From an uncultured Clostridia bacterium (lineage in GTDB: Bacteria; Bacillota; Clostridia; TANB77; CAG-508), in the NCBI GenBank assembly GCA_948676835.1, contig CAPOZU010000001.1:58633-122632 (forward strand): a stretch of 64,000 nucleotides of DNA, read 5' to 3'. Of this stretch, positions 47,598-58,132 are shown one piece after another. Below the pieces are notes generated by a model. The model made no database searches, had not been told where the DNA came from, and saw only the letters and a list, made by a program, of their open reading frames with translations. Every line of letters starts with the position of its first letter. Positions within the stretch are counted from its first letter, which is position 1. A program made the position numbers and the translations under genes.

Positions 47598-49328
47598 TTA
47601 TAATATCTTTTTTATTTCTTCATGTCTTTTTACTTTTCCTGTTGTTGTTTTTATCATTTCTTCATCTGTTACTATTATATCTCTTATATGTTTATATGCT
47701 GGCATATTTTTATTTATTTCTGCAATATGTTTTTTCATATGACTATATACATCATCTTTTTGAACATATCCCATTATATCTTTTATTGCATCTGTATCAT
47801 AAACAATTTTTACACAAACATCTAGGTCTCCGTCTTGAGTTGGTTTTCCATAAACCATACTTTCTTTAACCCCAGGTATATGATCTATTAATATTTCTAG
47901 TTCTTCTGGGAAAATATTTTTACCATTTTTTTGAACTATAACATTTTTCTTTCTTCCAGTTATATATAAATAACCATTTTCTATATATCCTAAATCACCT
48001 GTATGGAACCAATCTCCATCTGAAAATACTTCTTCTGTTGCACTATTATTTTTATAGTATCCAATCATTACATTTGGACCCTTTACAACAATTTCACCAA
48101 TTCCTTTTTCATCCTTATTTTCTATTTTTACTTCTACTGAAGGTAATGGTTTTCCAACAGAACCGACCTTCATTGCATGATCATTTTCAACTGCAATTAC
48201 TGGTGAAGTTTCTGTTAATCCATATCCTTGATATACTTGAAGCCCAATACCAGATAAAGATTTTGAAAGTTCTTCATCCATAGCTGCTGCTCCACTTACT
48301 ATTAATCTAATATTTCCTCCAAGTGCTTCATGTATATCCTTAAATACCTTTCTTTTTATTTTTATATGAACTTTATCTAACACATTTGTAACTTTTATCA
48401 TATTGTTAACAAGTTTTAATTTTCCTTGCTTTTCAACATTTTTCATTATTCTTTTATAAATACTTTCTAATATTAAAGGAACACATACAAGTACTGTTGG
48501 TTTATATTCGCAAAGATTTTGCTGAATATATTTTAAACCATCGCAAAAACACATAAATCCTCCAATATATACAACAACATGATTTATTGTTGATTGAAAA
48601 GTATGATGGAATGGAAGAAGTGCAAGCATACCATCATTTTCATCAAATTTTATAACTTTATTTAAATCCATAACATTAGAACATACATTTTTTTGAGAAA
48701 GCATTACTGCTTTTGATATTGAAGTAGTCCCTGAGGTAAATAACATAATAGTCATTTTATCTGGATCAATTTTACTATCTAAATGGCTTGTATCTCCGTT
48801 CTCTAATAATTCATTTCCTCTTTGTATCATCTTTTTATAAGAAAGAATTCCACCTTTATCTTCTTCAAAATCAAAGCATATAAATTTTTCAATTGACGAT
48901 AATTTATTATCTTTAATTTTTTTCATTACCTCTAAATATTTTTCTTCAAAAAATATAGCTTTTGCTTCACTACGTTCTGCTAGTGAAATTATTTCATTAT
49001 CTGGTAGAGATTTATCTAAAGGTACTATAATTTTATCTCCTGTTGTAACAGCATAATATGCTACATTCCATTCATATCTATCTTTTGCTATTAATGCAAC
49101 ATTCTCATCATTTTTAATTCCTAAATCATTTAAAGCTGTTCCTATACAATCAATTTCATGTTTAAATTCCTTATAGCTCATTGTATAAAATTCTGGTGTC
49201 TCACCCTTTTTATACATTCTTTTCTTGAATTTAAAAGCTGGTCTATCTCCATACAATTCTACTGTTTGATTTAACAAATCCTTAAAATCTGTAATTTTTC
49301 TTACATTTTCATAATATATTTCCTTCAT
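47598..49328 (-). CDS. AMP-binding long-chain fatty acid-CoA ligase family protein
   Basis: LFTSGTTSISKAVMLSQKN AMP-binding motif I and YGLTET motif II; 576 aa. Confidence 0.8.
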   Translation of the reverse strand: MKEIYYENVRKITDFKDLLNQTVELYGDRPAFKFKKRMYKKGETPEFYTMSYKEFKHEIDCIGTALNDLGIKNDENVALIAKDRYEWNVAYYAVTTGDKIIVPLDKSLPDNEIISLAERSEAKAIFFEEKYLEVMKKIKDNKLSSIEKFICFDFEEDKGGILSYKKMIQRGNELLENGDTSHLDSKIDPDKMTIMLFTSGTTSISKAVMLSQKNVCSNVMDLNKVIKFDENDGMLALLPFHHTFQSTINHVVVYIGGFMCFCDGLKYIQQNLCEYKPTVLVCVPLILESIYKRIMKNVEKQGKLKLVNNMIKVTNVLDKVHIKIKRKVFKDIHEALGGNIRLIVSGAAAMDEELSKSLSGIGLQVYQGYGLTETSPVIAVENDHAMKVGSVGKPLPSVEVKIENKDEKGIGEIVVKGPNVMIGYYKNNSATEEVFSDGDWFHTGDLGYIENGYLYITGRKKNVIVQKNGKNIFPEELEILIDHIPGVKESMVYGKPTQDGDLDVCVKIVYDTDAIKDIMGYVQKDDVYSHMKKHIAEINKNMPAYKHIRDIIVTDEEMIKTTTGKVKRHEEIKKIL

Positions 49329-49400
49329 TTAAATCCTCCAATTAAAATATACATTTTTATTATATACCTAATGTAAAAAAAATTCTAGTAGAATAAGTGG

Positions 49401-49883
49401 TCAGTTTTTCAATTTATCTTTGCAATCTAAGTATACTCTATTTTCAATCCAATTTTTCTTTTCTTCTATATTATTTCTTATCTGACTGGCACTAATTGGA
49501 ACTATTTGTCTGTCATTATCAACACGTCTATCTATAATATTCATATATTCAGCAACACTTTTTCCATATTTTTCGCTACTATAAAAATGTGTTGGTTTTT
49601 CATTTTCCATAATCTTTGTTAAATACTTCATTTGAATATTTACACTTTTTTTATCTAAACCATATTGAGATGGTGGATTATGAGCAAATTTTATTTGAAC
49701 ATTGGGATATTTTTCTTTTATCCATTCAGCTCTCTTTTCAGTATCAACATCTATTACATCTGTATCATATACTACAACAATAAGCTTATCCATTTCTTTT
49801 AAGGCTGTTTCTATTAAAAATTCGTGCCCTTTATGAAACGGAGCAAATTTTCCGATTGTAAAACCTATTTTTTCATTTTTCAT
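49401..49883 (-). CDS. Small HxGH-family nucleotidyltransferase (NMN/NaMN adenylyltransferase- or cytidylyltransferase-like)
   Basis: GKFAPFHKGHEFLI (HxGH) and ISASQIR (ISxxxxR) motifs; 160 aa. Confidence 0.5.
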   Translation of the reverse strand: MKNEKIGFTIGKFAPFHKGHEFLIETALKEMDKLIVVVYDTDVIDVDTEKRAEWIKEKYPNVQIKFAHNPPSQYGLDKKSVNIQMKYLTKIMENEKPTHFYSSEKYGKSVAEYMNIIDRRVDNDRQIVPISASQIRNNIEEKKNWIENRVYLDCKDKLKN

Positions 49884-49899
49884 ATTTTAATATTCCTCA

Positions 49900-51198
49900 T
49901 TATTCATATCTTAATGCATCAATTGGATTCATTTTAGCCGCTTTATTAGCTGGATAATATCCGAAAAATACTCCTATAGACATAGAGAATATTAGTGAGA
50001 CAATTATTCCTGAAACAGAAGGTTTTGCTGGATATCCAAGTAAATTTGAAGCAAGGATTCCTCCACCTACTCCTAAAATTACACCAATTGCTCCACCAAT
50101 TAAACAAATAATCATTGCCTCCACAATAAATTGTGTTCTAATAGAAGCATTTGTAGCTCCAAGTGCTTTTCTTGTACCAATTTCTCTAGTTCTTTCTGTA
50201 ATTGAAACAAGCATTATATTCATAACACCAATACCACCAACAACTAAAGCAATTCCTGCAACAATTGATATTGCAAGTGTTATTGTAGAAAGCATATCTG
50301 TAAGCATTGTAACCATTGATCCCATAGTAATAGCTTCTATTTCATAATTTCTATTTGCTCTATAATATGGTTCAAAAAAAGCTTCAACCTTTTTGGCTAA
50401 TATATCAGCATCTGTACCAACAGTTGTTATAATTTGAAAATTAGTATACCCATTAGTTTCATGAGTAAAATTCATTGCAGATTTTAATGGAACATATAAA
50501 TCTGTTGCACTACTATCTCCAGACATATTCATTCCCATCATTGCCATGCCTTGATTTTTATAAACACCTATAATGGTATATGTCTGTATCTTACCATCAA
50601 TATTAACTTCTATATCTTTTCCAAGTGCTTTGTTTACATCTTCATCAAATAAATTCTTTACCACTTTATCTGAAACAATTGTTACATTTCTCATCTCTGT
50701 GTAATCAGATTCTGAAAACATTTTTCCACCAAGCATTTCTAATTTATTGGTTACAAAATATCCAACACTATTTCCATATAAAGTAATGTTTGCTGATTTA
50801 TTTCCAAGATTTGCTGTTCCTCTTCCTGCCCAATATTGAGCATTAATTGCATAAATATCATTTGGAAATTTATCTATCATTTCTTTTATCATTTCTTCAG
50901 TTATGTAATCACTTTCATGTAAATCCATACTATCATTTGAAATTGTACCAAATTTAGCTCCATCTATTTTTCTACTTTCTTCTTCAGATACTTTTCTGGA
51001 ATTTAGCATTACATATACATCGTTTGCACCCATTGATTGCATATTTTCTGAAACAGAAAGTGTTAAAGAATCACCAACTGTTATAATTGCAATAACAGAA
51101 CCTATACCAATTATAATTCCAAGCATTGTAAGAAGTGCTCTCATTTTATTTGAAAGAAGGCTATTTATAGCAAGAATAATATTTTCTATTAGAAGCAT
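49900..51198 (-). CDS. ABC transporter permease, MacB/FtsX family
   Basis: 432 aa, with an N-terminal transmembrane helix, a large extracytoplasmic domain, and a C-terminal FtsX 3-transmembrane bundle. Confidence 0.8.
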   Translation of the reverse strand: MLLIENIILAINSLLSNKMRALLTMLGIIIGIGSVIAIITVGDSLTLSVSENMQSMGANDVYVMLNSRKVSEEESRKIDGAKFGTISNDSMDLHESDYITEEMIKEMIDKFPNDIYAINAQYWAGRGTANLGNKSANITLYGNSVGYFVTNKLEMLGGKMFSESDYTEMRNVTIVSDKVVKNLFDEDVNKALGKDIEVNIDGKIQTYTIIGVYKNQGMAMMGMNMSGDSSATDLYVPLKSAMNFTHETNGYTNFQIITTVGTDADILAKKVEAFFEPYYRANRNYEIEAITMGSMVTMLTDMLSTITLAISIVAGIALVVGGIGVMNIMLVSITERTREIGTRKALGATNASIRTQFIVEAMIICLIGGAIGVILGVGGGILASNLLGYPAKPSVSGIIVSLIFSMSIGVFFGYYPANKAAKMNPIDALRYE

Positions 51199-51989
51199 TA
51201 TTTTTCGCCTCCTTCTTCATTATTTTCATTTTCTATATTACTTTCATCGTTTGCATTCATTAATTCCCTATTTCTAGTGATATTTTTTTCTTTATCATCA
51301 AGGTTATTTTTTACATTAATTATTTTTCCATCTCTTATTGAAATAATTCTATCAGTTTCACCTGCTAATTCATTTGAGTGAGTAATTAATATTATTGTCT
51401 TATTTTTTTCTCTATTTAATTTATGAAATAAATCCATAACTAATCTACCAGTTTTAGAATCTAATGCACCTGTTGGTTCATCTGCAAGAATAATTGCAGG
51501 ATCATTTGCCATCGCTCTTGCAATAGCAACTCTTTGTTTTTGGCCACCAGATAGTTCTTCTGGTAAATGTTTTGCTCTATCTCCCATTTCAACTAATTCT
51601 AAAAGTTCCTTAGCTCTTTTTACTCTTTCTGTTCTTTCCATTCCAGCATATAACATTGGTAATTCTATATTTTTTAAAGCATTTGTTTTTGAAATTAGAT
51701 TATATGTTTGAAAAACAAAACCTATTTTTTGATTTCTTATATTAGATAATTCAGATTCTTCCGCTTCACCAACATCTATTCCATCTAAAATATATGTTCC
51801 TGAAGTTGGCCTATCTAAAACTCCTATTGTATTCATTAATGTTGATTTACCAGAACCAGAAGGTCCAACAATAGAAACAAATTCTCCTTCTTCTACTTCT
51901 AATGATATTCCATGAAGAATTTCAAGTTCATTTGGCTGACCAACATAAAACTTTTTTACTATATTTTCTAATTTTATAATTGAACTCAT
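51198..51989 (-). CDS. ABC transporter ATP-binding protein (MacB/LolD-type)
   Basis: GPSGSGKST Walker A, LSGGQKQRVAIARA signature, and Walker B ILADEPTGALD. Confidence 0.85.
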   Translation of the reverse strand: MSSIIKLENIVKKFYVGQPNELEILHGISLEVEEGEFVSIVGPSGSGKSTLMNTIGVLDRPTSGTYILDGIDVGEAEESELSNIRNQKIGFVFQTYNLISKTNALKNIELPMLYAGMERTERVKRAKELLELVEMGDRAKHLPEELSGGQKQRVAIARAMANDPAIILADEPTGALDSKTGRLVMDLFHKLNREKNKTIILITHSNELAGETDRIISIRDGKIINVKNNLDDKEKNITRNRELMNANDESNIENENNEEGGEK

Positions 51990-52001
51990 TTTTGTTCCTT
52001 T

Positions 52002-53708
52002 CTACATTCCTGCGTCTGCACCCATCATTTCAAGTAATTCTTTCATTGAATCCCCTGCTTCTACTTTTGGTAAAACAACTCTCATATCAGATTTTAATTT
52101 ATCTGATTTTATTTCAGCATAATAAGAACCTTCTATACCTTTTATAACATCTAGTTCTTCTTTGTTTTCTCCTGTTTCGTCTTTGGCAATTTCTATATAA
52201 TTAGTACCATCTTCTCTTTCATATATTGCATTATATGGTACTGACCAAACATTTTCTTCCATCTCAGTAATTATACTTAATTTAGCATTCATACCTAAAC
52301 GTAATCTATCATTTTGACTATCTAAAGAAATTTCTATTTTATATGTAGCACTTCCTCCAGTAGTTGTTGTTGTCATTCCAGCCATTGCAGTATTGTTAGT
52401 AGCACTAGAAGCAACATATGTTATTCTTCCTTCTAATTCTTCTTCTCTAGTTGCATCTGTTTTTATTAGTACTTTCATTCCAACTTCTACATCAGGTATA
52501 TCATACTCATCAATTTCTGCTTCTATAATAAATTCTTCTGTTCCTTCTATAGTTGCAATTGTTGTTCCTGTGTATAAATCACCTTTTTTTACATTAACTT
52601 CTGTAATAGTACCAGCAACAGTTGCCTTAACTATTCCATTTTCAATTTGATCTTTATATGCATTTATTTGAGTTCTACCTGCAAGAGAGCTTGAATTTGC
52701 AGCAAGTTGAGAATTTGTTAAATTATCTCTCATTGATGCTATAGTACTATCTGATGTAGAAACTACACTATTATGTGCTGTTACCATTTTATCGTAAGTT
52801 GTTTTTAATTGTGATATTGTTGGCTCTACTTGAGCTTTTTGTGCTTCTAGACTTGCAATTTCAGTTGTTAACGAATTATATTTACTTTGAACACCATTAG
52901 CTGAATTATAACTTGATTCAGCAGTATCTAATAGACTTTTTGCATTATCCATATTTACTTTTCTTGAGTTAACTTCTATTGTTAATTCTATTATTTTACT
53001 ATCTATAGTAGTATCTGTAGAATTTTGATTTTTAAGCGCTTTTAAATACTCAAGTTCATTGTTTTTTGATAGATATTCATTATTTGCTTGAGTAAAAGCT
53101 AATTTTTTAGCTTCGTAATCAGCTTTCAAAGCTTGATATTCATTTAAAACTTGACCATTTACTTGTGCATAGTTTTTTAATTCATTTTGTTTTTGATTTA
53201 AGTTTGAATTTATATTATTTAATTGATTTATAGCATCATCATAAGCATTTTTTGCATTATTTAAGTCCTTTTGACTACTTGAAATTTGTGTATCCTTATT
53301 TGCAATTGCATCATTTAAGCTTCTTTGAGCAGATTGAACACCAAGATTTGCTTGCGCCTCACTATTATTTTGGCTTGCTTGTGCAATACTTAAATTTTCT
53401 TGAATAGTTGATGTATCAAATGTGCAAATTACATCCCCAACATTTACTTTATCACCTTTTTTCACATTTACTGATTTTATTTCTGAACCAGTAAGTGTTG
53501 CAACTACGTTTTTAGTATTACTAGAATTTATTGTTCCTGTTGCACTTATACTTTTGGCAATTGTTCTTTTTTCAATTGTTTCAATTTCAACTTTTGTAAC
53601 ATCTTCTTGATTATTCTTATTAAAATTTGAATAAATAGCTATAGCTAAAATAACTAATATTACAGCAATCACTATTTTCTTTTTTGTAATTTTTTTCTTC
53701 TTTTTCAT
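52002..53708 (-). CDS. HlyD/MacA-family efflux adaptor (periplasmic adaptor subunit) with a long coiled-coil
   Basis: N-terminal transmembrane helix, lipoyl/beta-barrel segments, and a coiled-coil of about 250 aa rich in Q/N/A; 568 aa. Confidence 0.7.
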   Translation of the reverse strand: MKKKKKITKKKIVIAVILVILAIAIYSNFNKNNQEDVTKVEIETIEKRTIAKSISATGTINSSNTKNVVATLTGSEIKSVNVKKGDKVNVGDVICTFDTSTIQENLSIAQASQNNSEAQANLGVQSAQRSLNDAIANKDTQISSSQKDLNNAKNAYDDAINQLNNINSNLNQKQNELKNYAQVNGQVLNEYQALKADYEAKKLAFTQANNEYLSKNNELEYLKALKNQNSTDTTIDSKIIELTIEVNSRKVNMDNAKSLLDTAESSYNSANGVQSKYNSLTTEIASLEAQKAQVEPTISQLKTTYDKMVTAHNSVVSTSDSTIASMRDNLTNSQLAANSSSLAGRTQINAYKDQIENGIVKATVAGTITEVNVKKGDLYTGTTIATIEGTEEFIIEAEIDEYDIPDVEVGMKVLIKTDATREEELEGRITYVASSATNNTAMAGMTTTTTGGSATYKIEISLDSQNDRLRLGMNAKLSIITEMEENVWSVPYNAIYEREDGTNYIEIAKDETGENKEELDVIKGIEGSYYAEIKSDKLKSDMRVVLPKVEAGDSMKELLEMMGADAGM

Positions 53709-53973
53709 AACTAATTCTCCTTTAAAACTTTGTAATTATATCATATTTATAGTCAAAAATCCACTTAATTAGTGCAAATTTTATAATAGAAAAAATTAAT
53801 ATTTTATTAATATCTCTATTTACATTACATTATTTCATTTTTGTAACATAATTTTAACACTTTTGTTATATTTGTTTTTCAAATATTATGTTATAATTAC
53901 TTTATTGTAACAGATCAATAATATATCTATGTTTTTGAACAAATCAATTTATTGATTTTAAGGGGGATTTAAA

Positions 53974-55617
53974 ATGCTAGACATGCCTACATTAAAATTT
54001 GACAAAAGTATAAAATACTTAGAGTCACAAATTAATATTCAAAAAAATAATAAAAATCTAATTCTAGATATAATTTCAAATATTGGATTAATTTTAAATA
54101 CATCTTCTAAAAATGACAATACTAAATTGCAATCTGTTCTAGATAAAGCAAATAATTTTTTGCAAAATATTTCAAATAATATAACAAATCTAGAACAATT
54201 AAATATAGAAATTTCTAATATAACAGCTGATTTAAATGAAATTGTGTCTTCAAAATCAAAATCTACAAAAACAAAAGAATATTATATTGCTGCTTTTTCT
54301 AATATAAAAAATAATATTATTCAATATACACAAAATTTCCAAGAACTTGAAAATAAATTAGATATTGATAATAATGCATTTAATGACTTTATAAAAGATA
54401 ACGATTTTAAATATACATTTAATACCGTAAATAATGAAACTGAAAACACATATGAACTTGCAAGTTTTTCTATTAATAATGAATCTACTTCTATATCTGC
54501 TGATATTGAGAATAAAGAGCTAAGTGAAGATGATATTATTGATAATGGTATTGAGGAAGCTATTGCTGAAAATGAAAAAAATGCTGAAGTAGAAGCTTCT
54601 ATTCAAGAAGAAACAACTTCTTCTGAAGTTAGCACTGAAAGCACTAAAGAAATTAATACTACTAATACTATTGAAGAAGTAAATTCAGCTGAAGAAATTC
54701 TTATAGATGCTTCAAACAATATTGAGGAAACAAATTCTACCGAAGACGTTATTGAAGAAACTTTAGATAACAGTGAAGAAACAGATTCTACCGAAGACGT
54801 TATTGAAGAAACTTTAGATAACAGTGAAGAAGCAGATTCTACCGAAGACGTTATTGAAGAAACTTTAGATAACAGTGAAGAAGCAGATTCTACCAAAGGT
54901 GCTGTTGATGAGACTTCTGATAATATCGAAGAAACAGATATTGATAAATTTTTTGACGAAGATTTTGATTATGATTCTGATGATGTCATTGATAATATCA
55001 TTATTGAAAATAACGAAGGAGAAGTAAATTCTGTTGAAGAAAAAAACGATATAAATTCAAATCTAAATGTAATATTAAATGACTTATTTGATGAAAATGC
55101 ATCTAATATAAAATCAGAAAAAGAAACTCACATTACTTCAATAGAAAATCCAAAAACTGAAATTACTAAGCCATCTATTGACGAAATAATAAAGAAAATA
55201 GAAAGTGCTACAGAAAAAAATAAAACATTATTAATATCTGAAAAAACAAATAAGATATACTTACCATACAGAATTTCTGAATTACAAAACTATATGGATT
55301 ATTATCCAAATGAATATAAAAATCTGTCAGATGTTGTTGAACAAGAATTTATTATAAATTTGGATACATTTATAAAACATCCTTCACAAACTAGATTTTC
55401 AGAAACATATAATTTAGTAAGAAACCGTTCTGGTAAATCTAGACTAAAAGCATTATCATATGCCTTAAAATTAAGAAATAATGGAAATATTAATCCAGCA
55501 ATTATAGCTGCTTGCAAAAATGAATATGAATTACATTGCTACTTATATTGCCTAGAGCAAAATAAAACAGAAGCATTTAAGTTTTTCAATATTATATATG
55601 ATATAAGCTTATATTAA
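53974..55617 (+). CDS. Hypothetical acidic protein with 17-aa tandem repeats
   Basis: 547 aa, with a coiled-coil N-terminal part, a central STEDVIEETLDNSEE(T/A)D x3 region, and a C-terminal domain with conserved Cys/His. Confidence 0.45.
   Translation: MLDMPTLKFDKSIKYLESQINIQKNNKNLILDIISNIGLILNTSSKNDNTKLQSVLDKANNFLQNISNNITNLEQLNIEISNITADLNEIVSSKSKSTKTKEYYIAAFSNIKNNIIQYTQNFQELENKLDIDNNAFNDFIKDNDFKYTFNTVNNETENTYELASFSINNESTSISADIENKELSEDDIIDNGIEEAIAENEKNAEVEASIQEETTSSEVSTESTKEINTTNTIEEVNSAEEILIDASNNIEETNSTEDVIEETLDNSEETDSTEDVIEETLDNSEEADSTEDVIEETLDNSEEADSTKGAVDETSDNIEETDIDKFFDEDFDYDSDDVIDNIIIENNEGEVNSVEEKNDINSNLNVILNDLFDENASNIKSEKETHITSIENPKTEITKPSIDEIIKKIESATEKNKTLLISEKTNKIYLPYRISELQNYMDYYPNEYKNLSDVVEQEFIINLDTFIKHPSQTRFSETYNLVRNRSGKSRLKALSYALKLRNNGNINPAIIAACKNEYELHCYLYCLEQNKTEAFKFFNIIYDISLY
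54736..54897 (+). repeat. 51-bp tandem repeat x3.2 inside a CDS
   Basis: The unit TCTACCGAAGACGTTATTGAAGAAACTTTAGATAACAGTGAAGAA(A/G)CAGAT repeats with one A/G difference. Confidence 0.8.
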
Positions 55618-55656
55618 AAAGAAATCCCCTCTAAATATTAGAGGGGAAATTTTATT

Positions 55657-57135
55657 TTATAGAATTATGCAAATTAGTCCTCCACTACCTTCATTAACAA
55701 TTCTTTCTAATGTTTCTTGTAGCTTCATTTGTGCTTCTTCTGGCATCTTAGCTAATTTATTTTGTAATCCTTCATTAATCAACTCATGCAAACTCTTTCC
55801 AAAAATATTAGAATTCCATATTTCTTTAGGATCATTTTCGAATCCAGAAAGTAAATATTTCACTAAATCTTCTGATTGTTTTTCACTACCAACTATAGGA
55901 GATATTTCTGTTTCTGTATTTATTTTTATCATATGAATTGATGGTGCTTTAGCTTTTAGTTTTACACCATATTTTGATCCTTGTTTCACAATCTCAGGCT
56001 CATCTAAAATTAAATCTTCTATTCCTGGAGTAACAATTCCATACCCTTTTTGATTAACTTCATGTATTGCATAAGACATCTTATCATATTCTGTTTTAAT
56101 TTTTGCAAAGTTTGATATACAAGAGAAAAGCTCTCCCTCATTTTTTATATCAACTCCTGTAATTTTTGTTAACATATTATAAAATAATGATTCATTTAAT
56201 TCAGCTTTTACACTTACTACTCCTCTTCCCAAATCAATTTCCTCAATATATGATTTTTTTATTTCATCACTATTTTCTAAATTCAAATAACATTCATTAA
56301 CATCTTTTAGTCTTTTTGTATTTTCAAATGTTTTTTTAACTGTATTAAATAAAGAAACTTTCAATTCATTATCTAAATCTAATCCATCTATCCATCTAGG
56401 GAATTTTACTTCTATATTTTCTATCATAAATTCATATAATAATTTTGAAAAAATCAAATTTATATCATCTAAATTTAGATTTAAACAATTAATCGGAACC
56501 ACTGTTGTACCATATTTATTTGACAAATCATTAGCCATATTAATACTATATGGATCATTTGGATTTTGACAATTCATAAGCATTATAAATGGTTTATTTA
56601 ATTCTTGCAGTTCTCTTACAACTCTTTCTTCAGCCAAAACATAATCTTCTCTTGGAATATCTGTAATTGTACCATCTGTTGTTATAATAATTCCCACAGT
56701 TGAATGTTCTACAATTACTTTTTTAGTTCCAAGTTCTGCTGCTGTTTCAAAGGGAATTTCATTTTCAGACCATGGTGTTTTTACCATTCTTGGTAAATCA
56801 TCTTCTAAATAACCAATTGCATTATTAACTAAATATCCTACACAATCTACTAATCTAGTTTTCATTTTAACATTTCCATTTAAGCTAATTTCTACAGCTT
56901 CATTTGGAATAAATTTAGGCTCTGTTGTCATTATTGTTCTTCCACTTGCACTTTGTGGAAGTTCATCAATAGCCCTTTCTTTTTTATATTCATTATCAAT
57001 ATTAGGCAAAACCAATAATTCCATAAATTTCTTTATAAAAGTTGATTTTCCAGTTCTTACTGGTCCAACTACTCCTATGTAAATGTCTCCATCAGTTCTT
57101 TGAGCTATATCTTGATATATTTCAAAATTCTCCAT
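55657..57135 (-). CDS. spoIVA: Stage IV sporulation protein A (spore coat morphogenetic ATPase)
   Basis: MENFEIYQDIAQRTDGDIYIGVVGPVRTGKSTFIKKFM... Walker A and full-length 492-aa SpoIVA architecture. Confidence 0.9.
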   Translation of the reverse strand: MENFEIYQDIAQRTDGDIYIGVVGPVRTGKSTFIKKFMELLVLPNIDNEYKKERAIDELPQSASGRTIMTTEPKFIPNEAVEISLNGNVKMKTRLVDCVGYLVNNAIGYLEDDLPRMVKTPWSENEIPFETAAELGTKKVIVEHSTVGIIITTDGTITDIPREDYVLAEERVVRELQELNKPFIMLMNCQNPNDPYSINMANDLSNKYGTTVVPINCLNLNLDDINLIFSKLLYEFMIENIEVKFPRWIDGLDLDNELKVSLFNTVKKTFENTKRLKDVNECYLNLENSDEIKKSYIEEIDLGRGVVSVKAELNESLFYNMLTKITGVDIKNEGELFSCISNFAKIKTEYDKMSYAIHEVNQKGYGIVTPGIEDLILDEPEIVKQGSKYGVKLKAKAPSIHMIKINTETEISPIVGSEKQSEDLVKYLLSGFENDPKEIWNSNIFGKSLHELINEGLQNKLAKMPEEAQMKLQETLERIVNEGSGGLICIIL

Positions 57136-57285
57136 AAAAAATATCCTCCTATAAATTTGTACACATCATCTTTTACTAATTTATATTTGGATATTTAAAA
57201 TTTATGACTATTTATTTCACAAAAAGTTTAGATTTTATCTGTTACAGTTTGTGAACTCCTATATTTATAATAATAAATATAGAAA

Positions 57286-58014
57286 CTACATATTATCTTT
57301 TACTAAAATATAAAATTCTCCTTTGCTTGTATCTAATTCATTTATATGATTTTTAAAAACATTTATACTTTCTAAATTTCTAGGTATTATTGGTTGTTCA
57401 TCTTGATAAATACTTATAATCTCCCCTTTTTCATTTTTTATAATATATAAAAATTCTAATTCAGAACTTCTAAAATTATATTTATTTAAAATAGAAAATT
57501 TATTATTTTCATAAATATCACTTTTTATTAATTCACTATTTTTATCAAACTTTTGATATACAATAGCTTTCCAATATAAATTATTATAAAAATAGTAATA
57601 ATCATATATTGATTTATCAATATTATAAGTATCTGAATAAAATTTATAATCATAAAATCCTATATTAACAGAACTCAAATCTTCATTTACATCTACTATA
57701 ATATTGTTTTGTAATTCATAACTTTTATTAATAGAGCATTGATAAATCTTCCCATTTATTTCACTATATGATCCTGTTCCAATATTTTTAAATTCATTAA
57801 CATTATATATAGGAATAATACTGTCACTTTCTGCATATAAATTTCGCTCTATTTCATTTTCATTTTTTGAATACATTTGCTTTATTTCTATATCTTTTGA
57901 AATTTGTATTTTTTCTTTATCACTAATTATTGAATAAATTGTTAATGTAAATATAAGCAAAAAAAGCATTATAAATAAAACAATTAGTGAAATAATTCCA
58001 TTTTCCTTTTTCAT
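57286..58014 (-). CDS. Hypothetical protein with N-terminal signal/anchor helix
   Basis: 242 aa; MKKENGIISLIVLFIMLFLLIFTLTIYSI followed by a Tyr/Asn-rich soluble domain. Confidence 0.4.
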   Translation of the reverse strand: MKKENGIISLIVLFIMLFLLIFTLTIYSIISDKEKIQISKDIEIKQMYSKNENEIERNLYAESDSIIPIYNVNEFKNIGTGSYSEINGKIYQCSINKSYELQNNIIVDVNEDLSSVNIGFYDYKFYSDTYNIDKSIYDYYYFYNNLYWKAIVYQKFDKNSELIKSDIYENNKFSILNKYNFRSSELEFLYIIKNEKGEIISIYQDEQPIIPRNLESINVFKNHINELDTSKGEFYILVKDNM

Positions 58015-58132
58015 TTTTTCCTCTTTTCTAATTAATTATATTATAGAATAAAACAATTTGTAAAGTAAGACAGAATATTTAGAAAGAAATTGTAAATAAT
58101 AGATAAAAAGTAAATTTAGTATGGAGAAATAA

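Noticed and set aside
1311-47869. Numerous 60-130-aa track open reading frames antisense to or overlapping annotated genes (e.g. 1311-1598, 2347-2544, 11039-11383, 27221-27439, 46178-46585, 47622-47869)
   Set aside because: They are Phe/Leu/Ile/Lys-rich translations typical of AT-rich DNA. They lie inside longer, motif-supported genes on the opposite strand or in another frame, and have no ribosome-binding sites.
54603-54896. 97-aa minus-strand open reading frame with a repeated VESASSLLSKVSSITSS motif
   Set aside because: It is the reverse-complement reading of the 51-bp tandem repeats inside the plus-strand acidic-repeat gene. Its repetitiveness is a by-product.
57136-57285. Possible sigma-E-type promoter upstream of spoIVA
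   Set aside because: Only a weak match (TCATAAAT-like -10) could be found by eye. There is not enough support to annotate.
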